Of a DNA stretch of 64,000 bases, positions 25,105-39,031 are shown piece after piece (the stretch's first letter is position 1; every line of letters starts with the position of its first letter). Source of the stretch: Octopus vulgaris (lineage: Eukaryota); the NCBI GenBank assembly GCA_951406725.2, contig OX597820.1, positions 66,960,001-67,024,000 on the forward strand, read 5' to 3'. The translations under genes were made by a program, and so were the position numbers. The notes under the pieces were generated by a model. It did no database searches, was not told where the DNA came from, and was given only the letters and a program-made list of their open reading frames with translations.

Positions 25105-26249
25105 CGATGCATTAGAGTTAGTTTTCCCTTTATGTAGTCTGTTGAGTTAAAATCATTTTGAGATGTGTGGGTTTTAGTGGGGTAGTAATTAGGTTTTTAT
25201 GAAGAGGTTTTCGGAAAAAATCTTTATTGGTTAAATTTGGGGTTATGCTTTAGATAGTGATGGTTGTATTCCATCTAATGTGACTCTACTCAGAAGGCTG
25301 AAATATCATTTCATATATCTACATGCATCTGCGTGGGTTGTATGTTAGCTGTTAATCCTGGTGAGGAACTCACGAATAGCGATATATTAGAACCTGTGCA
25401 GTGTGTTGGTACTGTATAGAGATGCTGTTGACGACGTTGGTGAGAGACATGATCGTGGCGACGAAGATGGAAATCGCTGTAAGGTGGTCAGTGGTTAGAC
25501 CTTAGAAGGTCTGGAAACAACAGACACCGAGACTAGGAGAAGGTGAGTTTTTATAGCTAACGGTAGGCTCAAATGTAGTTTAGAACAGACTGTCTCACGT
25601 GATTTATTTGGAGGCTGTGATTGGTTGGGTTGCATACTTGGCGTGCGATAGAGTAAGAGACAAATTGCACCAATACCGATCAGCCAGAGTAGTAGACACG
25701 GTTCAAAAACAGCTTCCAAATGTTAGCTGTTACCTGCTACGTTCGTATGTATGTATGTATACATGATAGAGAGAGGGAGTTCACTAGAGTTCGCTACAAT
25801 TTTATTGTGTAGAATTTATTCATCTATTAAGAACTTTGTAAACAAGTCTGTAAGGGTTTCTCTTTTGTTAGGTAGGCACAAGGTGTGACAGTATTTTTGT
25901 TGCTTGTGGTATTATTGGATGTAATCCTTTTGCTTTGACAATGTAAAGGTTAACAACATTTTTGTATAAGAATAATAAATTTATACTCTGCAAAAGTGTA
26001 GAGTAACTTGTCACATTAATGTAAGATTGTTAAATTGTTTTTTATTGTAATTAAACATAAAACAAATATTTATATATATATTGATATACATATACACAGA
26101 CACACATATAGTAATGAGTTTCAACTATATACACAAAAACACACACACTCACTCGCACACACATATATAGTATAAGTTTTTAAGGAAAAAGTTCTTGATA
26201 TAGTTTTTCAAATATTTGCAACTGAAGCTGGGGAGATGGTTGCAGCATA

Positions 26250-26640
26250 AGGAGACAACTGGGTGCAGCTGTTTGAAAGCTAAAGATTTGGTACGGCTGA
26301 CTGGAGAGTCAGCCTGCTTTGTCAACAGTACTACAACTGAAGCAAACTTAGGCTCGCATGCATTGGCAGAAATCTATGCATACAAGTAGAGCGAGAGAGC
26401 AAAGGGATGGGAGAGAGAAACAGACATTACAATGTTTTAATTGAAGACAATTGACACAAACTCTTTCCCTTTTCTTATACACAGAGAAATCTGCTCTCTC
26501 ACACACACACATAGACAGAAAGAGAGAGAGAGAGCAGGGAGAAAACGAGAGAAACATTTAAACGTCCGATGTCAAGCAAGTCAGCGTCAAATCAGTGACA
26601 TCAAAGGATCAGCGCCAGGACGGCAATGTCAAAACGTCTC
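26250..26640. mobile_element. Non-autonomous DNA-transposon-like repeat (related copies at ~36670-37020 and ~56681-56880)
   Basis: Shared blocks tttggtacg.ctgactgga and tcaa..aagtca.cgtc.aatcag.gaca...aacgtctc. GAGAC/GTCTC termini in this copy. Confidence 0.65.
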
Positions 26641-26649
26641 ATATTGGAA

Positions 26650-27600
26650 AGAAGTCGAATTAGTTTAGCAGTTTCAATAAGAGTAAAGAATCCTCTTAAA
26701 CTAATTTTGCTTGAATTCATTTACCGAAGTTTTCTAATTAACCATTTTTGCATAACGAATTTTTCCATGTTTTGCATTGAACGTATAAGCAAACACTAAA
26801 AATGTCTTCACATCAAGTGATTCTAAATATACAAATTCCTCAGTGTACGCAAACCGCTCTTCCAAATTGAATCGTGTTCTATTAATATTTCGACATACAT
26901 CACTTTATAGTTCATTTGCTTTCCCATGTTCTTTCTGTAGGAGGTAAGTCCAATTCAGTGAGTCGTTCACCTTCAGTCATTGTTTTCTCAACGTTCATCA
27001 TTACAATGCTTTTCGATGTATTAAATAAAATCATTTATTTTCTCGCAGGCATAATATAAGCTGCGTGGTTTACACTGTACAATATCAAATGGTTTCCTAG
27101 TGTTAAGGGGACTAAGAAAGCTGTTCGTGGAAAACTTACAAATGAAAGTCTTTGAATTTTGTCAATAGATTAGCAGCTTCACTGAGTGTATCTTCATCCT
27201 ACATTTCATTATTGTCAAAAATATTTTCAAATGCACTTTTCTTATTTTCACATAACTCGTTAATGGCTGAATGCTGGTATCAAAATCTCTGACGACACAT
27301 TTCAGCTTTGTACTCAAAAATGTGTAGGCGCGAAAACAAAACTTCTAGCTTGCTCAGCCTTTCAACTCAAAGTCAAATTTATTTTATACACACAAGGCAT
27401 GAAATCTCTATATTTAAACCCTTTCACCTCCATTTTTTGTTTGCACTCTGTTTTATCCATGTGCCCTTACAACTACTCGATCGAAATCGTACGTTTAGCT
27501 TTTCAATTTCGTTTTAGCAATTCACCGAAGGTTTTTAAAACATTTTCTGTTATATCAGCCGAACTCGATGCACCTTTACCAAAACTTATATCGCAAATTC
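26650..27600 (-). pseudogene. Highly decayed hAT transposase relic
   Basis: Frameshifted fragments resembling QTYDG...GVQ...HCYAH.LNL and ...ENIFDNNEM*DEDTLSEAANLLTKFKDFHF. Confidence 0.5.
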
Positions 27601-27675
27601 CTTAAAATCTTCCATTTATATCGTTTCTTTCTTTCTTTTTTCTTCTCTTGCTCCACCTCCTCTTCCTCCTCCTGC

Positions 27676-27756
27676 TTCTTCTTCTTCTTCTTCTTCTTCT
27701 TCTTCTTCTTCTTCTTCTTCTTCTTCTTCTTCTTCTTCTTCTTCTTCTTCTTCTTC
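27676..27756. repeat. (TTC)n microsatellite
   Basis: Direct reading. Confidence 0.95.
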
Positions 27757-28032
27757 AAGTGGCTGCAAGAGATGATGCACACCACAGCGCCGCACCAGGT
27801 ATCTCTGTTCTCTGCTAGACTCTCAGTTTCGTGTAGTGTTTTTAGCAATAACATCAACGTAGCTGAACGGTCTCCGTCCTTTATCACCAAATCCACTCAC
27901 AAGACTCTGGTCGGCCCGAAGGTACAGTAGAAAGCATTTATTCATGATGCCACACAGTGGGATTGAAACTAGAACCATGAGGTTGGGAAACAAACTTCGT
28001 ACTACACAGCCACGCCTGCGCTTATATATATA

Positions 28033-28227
28033 TTCGCCATGATAGATCGCTAGCCATTACACATTCTTTATTTTCTCTCCTCTCCTTGTTTCTTTCTGTG
28101 TTCTTTTCTGTGGAAGAGCGTAGGCTCGAAACGTTAAAGACTTTTTCACTTCCCGAGCGTTAAATTAATACATCCGTTTGTTGTCTACACCACCTGACTT
28201 CGTCTTTTGTTTTTTTTAGTGAATTCT

Positions 28228-28230
<3 letters not shown>
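28033..28230 (+). mobile_element. 3' terminus of a Penelope-like element between (TA)n tracts, with hammerhead-like motif at 28102-28140
   Basis: Homologous to 61410-61618. CTGTGGA-A-GAGCgtagGCTC-GAAACGTT-AAAGA. Confidence 0.75.
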
Positions 28231-28295
<65 letters not shown>

Positions 28296-29192
28296 TTGAG
28301 TGTGTATAAATATGTGTGCGTGTGTGTTTTGCTCAGTCACTATATACACACACATATACATATATATATATATACATATATTCGTATGTATGTATGTATG
28401 TATGTATGTATGTATGTATGTATGTATGTATGTTTGTACATACTTCAGCCCTCACGAGAAGCTTGGTGTATGTACAATTAACGCGATAATAAAGTTCAAG
28501 CTTCGGTTCCTTGAAGAAGAATTCTATCTACTCATGCCCTGTTTATGAGTTACATTCTTGGCGATAATAGAGAACTGGGCATTCACTGCACAACAATGCA
28601 CCGTCGGCTGTTTATTACCGATGAAACTATAATCAGTAGTCTGGTCTACTTTGTACTGAAATAAATGTAGCACTTTTGAACTTCATTTCGAATAACATTG
28701 GCCATTACGCTACCAATTGCATAAATAATGTCATTCTGTATCATTGTTAATCCTGAAAAAATGCTTTGATCCTTCATAGGTAGAGTCACGATGCAAAGAC
28801 ACTATCTCAGCAAAGCAATCTAATAACCAATCAGACTGCTCATACCATTTGATTTAAAACGATCGCAAGATAAATTTAGTTTTCACTAAGACGATTAAGT
28901 CGGTTTGTCAGCGTTGCGATTTTCTCGCCTTTCAAGCGATATCTCTCGACCCGAATGATTTTTCTTTGACATTAATAACTATATCGTATCTATTACTGGT
29001 ACCTCAAATAATATTCTAGATGCCCTTTGACAATTATGCTTTAGTTTTCAAATAACAAGTGATACTTATTATCTGTCTGGTTTTTCTATGTCTCTTGTTA
29101 CTTAATAAGCTCGATAGTCCTTGTTACATTGTTCCTAATAGTTTTACTATAACAAAGTTCTTCATGTAATGATACTAAATGCTCCCTCTCGT

Positions 29193-29272
<80 letters not shown>

Positions 29273-29410
29273 AAGGAAATAGATTAAAAGGCGTTGCCTG
29301 AAGAGCCATGTTTTGGCGAGCTTAACAATAGAAGTACAGCGAAGAAATGCCCAGGAAATACAAACATATATACTTACATACGGACGTATGTGCATGTATG
29401 TACATCTTAT

Positions 29411-29617
29411 CAGGACAAATATCCCCGACGACAATTACCAACCTCCCATAGGACAATTCCCCCCGACGACAACTACCCCTAGGACTATCACCCTCCCCCG
29501 GTTAATTACCTCCTCTCCATAATATTAAGAAGTTTTAAATCATCATCGGTTGTCCTCGGGAGTAATTGCCCTTGGGGTGGGGTTATTATCTGCGGGGGGG
29601 GGGTTAAATGTCCTAGA
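29411..29617. mobile_element. MITE/foldback-like element with GGACAATTACCCC-type subterminal repeats
   Basis: Repeated gacaa(t/c)t.ccc on the left, inverted ggg.taa.tg.cc units on the right. Confidence 0.6.
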
Positions 29618-29714
29618 CGCGTCTACATACGTATGCATGTATACGAGTGTATAAATATGCATGTGTGCGTGTATGCGTACGGTTATACACGCACACTCAT
29701 ATATTCTTTTATTC

Positions 29715-30106
29715 TTTTACTTGTTTCAGTCATTTGATTGCAGCCATGCAGGACCATCGCCTTTAAGTCCAAGAAATCGACCCCAGGACGTATTCTTTGT
29801 AATCCTAGTACCTATTCTATTATTCTCTTTTGCCGAACGGCTAAGTTATGGTGGGGGCATAAACACACCAACACCGGTTGTGAAGTGATGGCAGGGACAA
29901 ACACAGACACACACACATAAATATATGCATGTATATATACGAGGGGCTTCTTTCAGTTTCCGTCTACCAAATCCACTCACAAGGCTTTAGTTGGCCCGAG
30001 GCTATAGTAGAAGACACTTGCCCAAGGTACTACTACACAGTGGGACTGAACCTGGAACCATGTAATTGGGAAGCAAGCTTCTTACCGCACAGCCACGCCT
30101 GCGCCT
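29715..30106 (-). mobile_element. SINE family B
   Basis: Full reverse-complement match. Confidence 0.88.
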
Positions 30107-30854
30107 ATAGTCACGCACACATACAGACACACACGCATATAGTTCAAACACACGCACACACACACATGAATGTCTCAAACACACAGACACACACATGAAT
30201 GGCTCAAACATACACACACATACATGAATGGCTCAAACACGCACACACCTGTATAGCCCAAACTCACACACACACACTAACACAAATGTACCGAAAACGC
30301 AAAGGTGAAACAGATGAGGTAATAACAAACAGGTTTATTGGTTTGAAACTCTGGAAAAATGGAAAATTCTCCGCTCTTCGATAGAAAAGGAGAAAGGAAA
30401 ACAAAAGGAGTAGCTTTTGCATACATTACAGAGAAGGGTTTCGATGGCTTGTAAGACGATCTTTTTTTTTTAGAGAAACGTCTCAAAAATTCACCTTGGG
30501 TCCTGTGTGCAAAGTTGGGCTCCCTTTAACTGTTTTTCGTCTAATATGCCCATGCGTCTCTTTCATGCCATCAGATACAACGAGTATATGTGTATTAGTG
30601 TATACATATATACATTATACATATGTGAGTGCGTACACACATTTAGATATATATATATATAATAGCGCGATTCCATTACTCGGCCGACGTGGCCTGGGTA
30701 TCTCAACTATTCCTACAATTTAGTAGTCTGTTTCAAGCCAGCAACAAATATCTCACAACACTACTTTTCTTCTTGAGTCATAAAATTTTCTCATAGTCAA
30801 AGGCGTGACTCAGATCGACATATTGCCGCTGAAATTATTCAGAACAACAATACG

Positions 30855-30910
<56 letters not shown>

Positions 30911-31327
30911 AATTGAGATAGGGGTTGTAAATGCAACCCTCTATGAGATAACGTATATCCAATATACTGCTAGTGAAGTACCCAACAAAGTTAATACATA
31001 AATGTTAATGATTGCGATGCAATCAATTCATTTACTGTATTATATGGGCAAAGGTAAAATGATTTACCACAAATTACTAATACAAGATAAGAAAATGAAG
31101 AAACACATCTAAATCAAATATCAATTACCAGATAATACTCAATCACATACTTTATTAAACCACCACATAAGAGACTGTAGGGTTAAATATAAAAAGCAAA
31201 ACAAATCAGTGTACATAAAGGAATGTACATAAAAAAGTGTACATAAAAGAGTGATGTTGTATAATAATTAGAATATATATAAAAAATAATATAAATACAA
31301 GTAAATATAAGTATAAACATACATTAG

Positions 31328-31454
31328 ATCTTACAGCTGTTTCGGCCATGTCGATAATTATGTCTCATTTTACCAATATTAACCCTTTGTGGTTGGTCAA
31401 TATATAGATATAAATGAGACATTAACAAAAATATCACAAGGCCTCTTCGGAGAT
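31328..31454 (-). ncRNA. Type I hammerhead-like motif with 92-nt insertion in stem II
   Basis: ATCT-CCGAAGA-GGCC-[92 nt]-GGCC-GAAACAGCTGTA-AGAT. Stems I and II pair perfectly, stem III is the palindrome ACAGCTGT, GUA site. Confidence 0.7.
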
Positions 31455-31946
31455 TATGTAATATAACACAGTCTACACATATACGCACATGAGTGTGGGT
31501 GCGTACCCACAATACAACATATATATATACATATGAGTGTATACACTCACATTCCTATACATATAAAAAAATATACATTTACATAATGATATGAATAAAT
31601 AATATAAATTAGTAAACATATATAAGTGTTCCACACCAGATGTCTCAGTTTTTCGACTTAATATTGTGATAATAAACATACACAAATTAATATCTAGATG
31701 TAAACATACATAGTCAATAGTACATTATATTACTTCATAATAGTTTCCAAAGTGTCATTAAAGTTAGTATCATTATCGTTGTCAATACAATTAATGTTAT
31801 CATTGTTATCATTCATAATATTATTAATAACTCTTACATTATGATGCAGAGCAGAATATATGTATGTCCGTGTTCCAGTTAATAATTTTCCTTATGGCAT
31901 AAATATACTATTGGATTTGAATTTAAAATTATCAAAAGTTAATCCA

Positions 31947-32074
<128 letters not shown>

Positions 32075-32665
32075 GGGAGTATAACTCCAAACTTACAGGG
32101 AAAAATTCAATTTAGCATTAAATCAAATTTCACAATATATATATATATTATTTATATATGTGTGTGTGCGCGCGCGCGTGCGTGCGTGTGTGTGTATGTA
32201 TATATATAGAGAGAGATATAGATAGATAGATAGTTCCTGATCTGTCAATGAATGTAGCTGTTTCAACTTCGTATCTTAAAAATGTTCACTCAATTAGCTT
32301 AATTACTCGTTTTCTATTCATAATAATGTTTGTTGTACGAACAAAAGTTAATGAACAAGTCAAGCTCATATAATTTAACTTGGTGAGTGAATCTAATATA
32401 CATACTTTTGTTCGACCTTTTAATAATGTAACTTGGGCTAATAAATTTCCGCCCGAGCTGTTATATTAATATAGTTTTGCATACATTGTCTTTTATTTAT
32501 TTATTTATTTTTTACTTGTTTCAGTCATTTGACTGCGGCCATGTTGTGGCACAACATCGAAGGATTTAGTCGAACAAATCGACCCAAAAATGTAATGAAT
32601 TGGAAGAAACGACGCTAAGCATTTTGTCCGACGTGTTAATGATTCTGTCAGATCGCTACCTCTTT

Positions 32666-32727
<62 letters not shown>

Positions 32728-32845
32728 TAATAATAATAATAATACGAGTATATGGCGTAGTGGTTAAGAGCGCGAGCTACTAATACCGAGGTTCCGAGTT
32801 TGGAACAACAAATATGATGATGTCATATCTGCTGTTGATTTTTTA

Positions 32846-33235
32846 GGCGCAGGGATGGCTGTGTGGTAAGTAGCTTGCTTACCAAGCACATGGCTCCGGG
32901 TTCAGTCCCACTGCGCGGCACCTTTGGCGAGTGTCTTCTACTATGGCCTCGGGCCGACCAAAGCCTTGTGAGTGGATTTGGTAGACAGAAACTGAAAGAA
33001 GCCCATCGTATATATGTATATATACGTGTGTTTGTGTGTCTGTGTTTGTCCCCCCAACATCGCTTGACAACCGATGCTGGTGTGTTTACATCCCTGTTAC
33101 TTAGCGGTTCGGCAAAAGAGACCGATAGAATAAGTACTAGGCTCCCAAAGATTACGTCCTGGGGTCGATTTGCTCGACTAAAGGCGGTGCTCCAGTATAG
33201 CCGCAGTTAAGTGACTGAAACAAGTACAAGAGTAC
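32846..33235 (+). mobile_element. SINE family B, full length
   Basis: ggcgcagggatggctgtgtggtaag head to gactgaaacaagta tail. Confidence 0.9.
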
Positions 33236-33245
33236 AAGAGTAGTA

Positions 33246-33329
<84 letters not shown>

Positions 33330-33719
33330 TTAATCCTTTCTACTATAGGCACAAGGCTTGACATTTTGGGGGTGTTAATTCATCGACTTCGAAAGGATGA
33401 AAGGCAAAGTCGACCTCGGCGGAATTTGAACTCAGAACGTAGCGGCAGACGAAATGCCAGCTTGCCGCCTTTAATGATAATGATAACGCCTTTCTACTAT
33501 AGGCACAACGCCTGAAATTTAGGAGGGGGCTAATAGATCACATCGACCTCAGTAATTGATTGGCATTTAAAAAAATTTTTTTTTTTACCGGTTTCAAAGG
33601 TTTGAAAGGCAAAGTCGACCTCGGCAAAACTTGAATTCAGAACGTAAAGACGGAGGAAATGCCACTAAGCATTTTGTTCGATGTGTTAATGATGAGTTTT
33701 CCAGCTTGCTGCCTTTCTA

Positions 33720-33766
<47 letters not shown>

Positions 33767-33773
33767 AATAATA

Positions 33774-33927
33774 AAAGGCCTCAGTATGGCCTGGATCGAC
33801 TACAAAAAGGCGTTTGATAGCATCCCCCACACATGGATCCTCGAAACACTAGCCATTAACAAAGTACCTAAGGCACACAGAGCTGCGCTCGGTAGTGAAG
33901 TGAAAGCACGCTATAAAAATAAAACTA

Positions 33928-33930
<3 letters not shown>
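33774..33930 (+). mobile_element. 157-bp internally deleted derivative of the R4/Dong-type LINE
   Basis: 33774-33866 matches 42371-42463 (RT), 33867-33930 matches 44277-44340 (3' end). Followed by (AAT)n. Confidence 0.9.
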
Positions 33931-33993
<63 letters not shown>

Positions 33994-33994
<1 letters not shown>

Positions 33995-35106
33995 GGTGCT
34001 AAAACTTGTTGAAAAACATGAAAGACCGAAAAAAACTTCACTCTATTCTCAAAGAGAGCAAAAAATTCGTTGCTGATCTCTTAGATACCCACCAGATTGA
34101 GCAGGCTGAAGGAAATGCGCCAACTGCAGCAGCAAAGAAAATAAAATTAACTGCAAAGACAAAAGCACATGAAAATTTAGCTAGCAGATGGGAACAGAAA
34201 CCTCTCCATGCCAAGTATGTGGCCCGTAGCAAACAAGCTGATGTCGACCAAAAACACACGCATCAATGGTTACGAAGCTCAGGGCTAAAAGCAGAGAGTG
34301 AAGGTTTCATATTAGCTGCTCAAAACCAAAGCTTATTAACCCGGAACTACCAAGCCAATGTGATAAAAAATGAAGCTGACTCAAAATGCCGATTCTGTAA
34401 CGTTGAGATTGAAACAATAGACCACCTAATCTCAGGGTGTAGAGTCTTAGCACCTGCAGAATATAAAGCAAGACATTGGACAATATGTCGGTATTATAAA
34501 ATCAAAACCGCTGACAAATGGTATAAACACCAACCTGAAGCTGTGACTGAGGGAGAAAATGTGTCGATTCTATGGGACTTCCCCGTACAGACCGACAGGA
34601 CTATAAAGGCTAATAAACCGCATATTATTATAAAAGATCAGACAAAAAAAAGATGTGTTTATTAATTGACACGAGTATCCCTTGCGATCACAATATAGCG
34701 GCGAAAGAATTTGACTAGATAAGTAAATATAAAGACCTGTTAATAGAAATTGAAAAAATGTGGCATCTCAAGGCGACTACAGTACCAGTGATTGTAGGAT
34801 CTCTAGGAATGATTAAAAAAAAGGTACTGAAACCTATTTGAAAATGATTCCAGGCTTACCATCCCTACAGGAAGTGCAAAAAATCGTATTAACTGGAACG
34901 GCTCATGTACTGAGAAGAGCATTATCACTGTGAAAACAACATCCATCCATGAATTTATTTATTTATTAATGTTTAAGTACATATTTTATCTGTGAATTTG
35001 CGTGTGTAATCTGGGAATGCATACAATGAGCTTCTCTGCCCTAGGTGTATGGAAAATACCCGGCGAGAAACGGAAGAAAATTTGAAGAAAGAAGGAAAAA
35101 AACATC
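33994..35106 (+). mobile_element. 5'-truncated R4/Dong-type RLE LINE, second subfamily, in (TAA)n
   Basis: WLRSSGLKAESEGFILAAQNQ...CRFCNVEIETIDHLISGC (CCHC)...ILWDFPVQTDRTIKANKP. TAA runs on both sides. Its 3' tail is repeated at 35155-35238. Confidence 0.9.
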
Positions 35107-35158
<52 letters not shown>

Positions 35159-35236
35159 CATACAATGAGCTTCTCTGTTCTAGGTGTACGGAAAACATTC
35201 GGCGAGAAACGGAAGAAAATTTGAAGAAAGAAGGAA

Positions 35237-35297
<61 letters not shown>

Positions 35298-35509
35298 TTC
35301 CCCGTCACTAAGCGGTTTGGCAAAAAGAGACCGATAGAATAAGTACTGGGTTTACAAAAAGAATAAGTCCCGGGTTCGAGTTGCTCGACTAAAAAGGCGG
35401 TGCTCCAGCATGGCGCAGTCAAATGACTGAAACAAGTAAAAGAGTAAATAATAATAATGATAATAATAATAATAATAACAACAACAATAATAATAACAAT
35501 AACAATAAC

Positions 35510-35552
<43 letters not shown>

Positions 35553-35609
35553 TTAATAATAATAATAATAAAAATAATAATAATGATAATAATAATAATA
35601 ATAATGATA

Positions 35610-35641
<32 letters not shown>

Positions 35642-35648
35642 AACAATG

Positions 35649-35680
<32 letters not shown>

Positions 35681-36339
35681 CTCATATGGTTTTAATTTAC
35701 CGACTCCAAAGGATTACGTAGGTGAATTTTGTTCATAATTCATAGGAACCGATTTAATGAGACTAACTCGGGTTGATTAAATTCAGCCCTGTGAAACGAA
35801 CAAGCAGCATCAAAAGAAACCGCGAATGAAAGTTTGAAAAAATCCTGATTTAAAGTTTAAAGTTTTCTCCCGACTTTGATCTATCGCCGCTTATACAAAA
35901 CGATTAGCGGCGGCAACAGATCAGTGACATATAATAATGAACCACTGTAACCAAGTATGATTTGATATTTATAACTGAAACACACGACTCTCTGTTGTCA
36001 AAAGGCAGCTAGACTGTTGATTAAATAAATATAAATTTACTCATAATATTGCAGGATATGCTGTTAAATCTAAAAGAAAAGTGTACCATTTCGCAGTAGC
36101 GGAATATTACTGAAATATCAAATTAAGCTGACCTAAACCTCTTCTGAAAAACCTAAACCGACGTTTCTTTTAAGGTTAACATGAAGTTTACTATCGTGAA
36201 AACAATGGAAGTAAATTATCCATCACACCACCACCGCACTCTCAAAAAATGGGAGAAGTGCATGGTTAATGGTCAGATAGTCATCGGGTTTTAAGGGATC
36301 CTTTTCTTCCTAGTCGTGACTTCCTGATTAATTCTTATA

Positions 36340-36533
36340 CAGCTGTGGTTCCCAACCATTTTTTAGCTATTATAAAATTCCTCTTATAATTCTGTTAAAT
36401 ATTATCTGGATATGTATAAAAAACAGTTAAAATATTTTGTGTATTGAAGGATTATAACCTGTTTATTGTACATAAATTATAACAACAAAATCTATGATCC
36501 CTAAGGGGCCATATGGACCCCGGTTGAGAATCC
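36340..36533. mobile_element. hAT-type MITE
   Basis: ctgtggttcccaacc ... ggttgagaatcct termini. Confidence 0.55.
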
Positions 36534-37859
36534 TTTTTCTACAGTACCATAAAAGGCTTTCGACTTCATGTTGACACCTTTTTGCATGGCATAGCTGTAG
36601 ACCCAGTCAGGACTATTATCCAGAGTTCATCAAATGCACCACAAGAGCAAGAACACTTAAATAAGGAATGAGGTGACATGAGTGCGGTTGTTTGGGAGCT
36701 GGCAGTTTGGTACGACTGACTGGACACTCAATCTGTGTTGGAAACAGTAGTTTTTGGCACTGGAGGCAAACACACACGCGTACACGCGCTCGCGCAGAAA
36801 CATGCACATACAGAGTGAGTGAACAAGAGGGAGGGAGAGAGATTACAGTTTATTAATTGAACACAATTAACATAAGCACTTTCCCTTCTCTTCAAATACA
36901 TAAAAACAGAGAGAGGAAGAGAGAACGAAGGAAACATTAAAATGGCTGACGTCAAATAAGTCAACGTCGAATCAGCGACACCATTTAGGCGGTGCCAAAA
37001 CAGCTGTACCAGAACGTCTCATACGCCTTTGATATTATTTTCAAAAACAAAAAATTTATTTGCTTCCAACCCTTTCATTTTTTTTTGGAGTATCAATTTC
37101 ATGTTGTTGAAGATATACAATCAATTTCTCCAGTTTAACTCTGGCTCTTCAGTAACAAGTTAATGCTGTCTGGATAAACGTCGTCAGTGCCGGACATACA
37201 AGAAACAACTCCAGTCACTTCTCCTATGGGTTTAATCCCTTCATAATCAATCACTCCTTCGGATTATCATTTACGCGAGATTCCATTACTCCGGAGAAAA
37301 AAATACATTACACTTCCCTTCCTCCTACGAAGTATTAATGTTTATGATGGCCTTCGGGATGATATATGACTTCCAGTAATCGCAAATAAACTACATACAA
37401 TTAATTGCTCAAGTGCAACAATCTCTTTGAAAATTATATATTTTAAAGATCGCAACTACGCCCTGATCTATTAATTGCAAAAATGAATTTACGCTGGAGT
37501 GGGGGGATACACAACTTCAGTGACGTAGCTAGACTGTGTTCCACGCGGAACAGCCCTTGAGTCTGACCCCACCCGAAGCTTCCAAGTTTATACAGGCTCA
37601 CACAGTAAATTCAAAGGTGTCACCTTGTAAAAGCGTCCCCCGGGACAGATCATCCCTCGAGACAGATCATCCCTCGAGACAGATCATCCCTCTTCTCCTA
37701 AGTTACTCCGCTGCATAACCTCAATTTTAAAATGATTATTGTGGCCCTTTTTTTTAAAAAAAAAAGTCGGTTGAGTGTTCTGTAGCATTGACCACCATCG
37801 ACTTTGGTACATGAGCTATTCTCTGCCCAAAACTGAGAAACCTTTAGGCAAAAGTTCAA

Positions 37860-38520
37860 AGTGTACTATGTGTTAAAATTGTTTGAGTTATCCACTCCTT
37901 GTTTCTTTTGCGCGCCAAAACACAGAAAGTCGTGACACCACCATACGCTTTATTTTATGAGTCAGCTCAGAAAACTTTGAGTTTATATTTTGCTTTAGCA
38001 TTATCACTTTGAAGCAATGCCATTTGATTTGCTTGCAACATTGAAACTACGAGCAGATCCTTACAAGTGGTCTACGATCTGCCGGCAGTTATTATTTTTC
38101 TTTTCTTTTTTTTTTTCCAATAAAAATTTTGTGTCCACATTAAAAAGCTAAGTTAGAAATTGCAGCTTCCTTCAGCTGTTAAACGACTAAATTCGGAACG
38201 CTACTCTTCCATCACTGCATCGTCAATAGTAATACTAGCCTCAACAGACATTTTCACATTGTGAACTTTAGAACGGTTTTTAAACTGTTGAAAGTACCAT
38301 TTGTCAGTCGTAAATATTTTAGTATCACCAGACTCTTCATGTCAGCAAATAACGAATTCACATTGTCCAGAATTCCAGTCTATATTTATGGGAACGTTTA
38401 TTTTGGTTCATTTCATCAAATCACATCACCAACATTTTTTCCTCATTGTCTTGCATTGTGAATAATTTTCTCTGGCGGATAACAAAAATTATTCCTAAGT
38501 CTGTGCGCTTTATTTTATTT
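37860..38520 (-). pseudogene. Decayed pogo/Tigger transposase relic
   Basis: Minus-strand fragments KWYFQQFKNRSKVHNVKMSVEAS, FNVDT, NAKAKYKLK and LSVFWR..WIT follow the Tigger motif order. Confidence 0.6.
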
Positions 38521-38700
38521 TATCAACATAGTCCATCATAATCGTTGATATAGTAGAATGCATTAGACTCCATGCAATGAATCACAGCATATCTCTTCTC
38601 AGTTTTTTTTTTTTTTGTGTGTTTTACATTTATTTGGTTTTGGTCGACTGCAGCACACAGACACAGCGCAGTACAACGCTCACTAATCATGGGATGACAA

Positions 38701-38800
38701 TATTATTATGAGTTTCTTCTTCTTCATTGAATTTTATTACTATTTCTTGCCGAGTGTCTTCTCGACACCTAAGGCAAAGAAACTCACTGTGTACATATTA
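38701..38800 (-). mobile_element. 3' tail of another R4/Dong-like subfamily
   Basis: Reverse complement tgagtttctttgccttaggtgtcgagaagacactcggcaagaaa...ataataata resembles 35026-35106. Confidence 0.55.
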
Positions 38801-38919
38801 AAATAAACACATCAGATTGTTCATTTACAAAGTCATGTGGTAGAAAAAAAGATACAAAAGAAAAGAAAAATGGATAAAAGTAAAAAAAGATAGAAAAAAG
38901 GACAAAACCAAAAAGTCAT

Positions 38920-38997
<78 letters not shown>

Positions 38998-39031
38998 AAG
39001 AAGAAGAAGAAGAAGAAGAAGAAGAAGAAGA

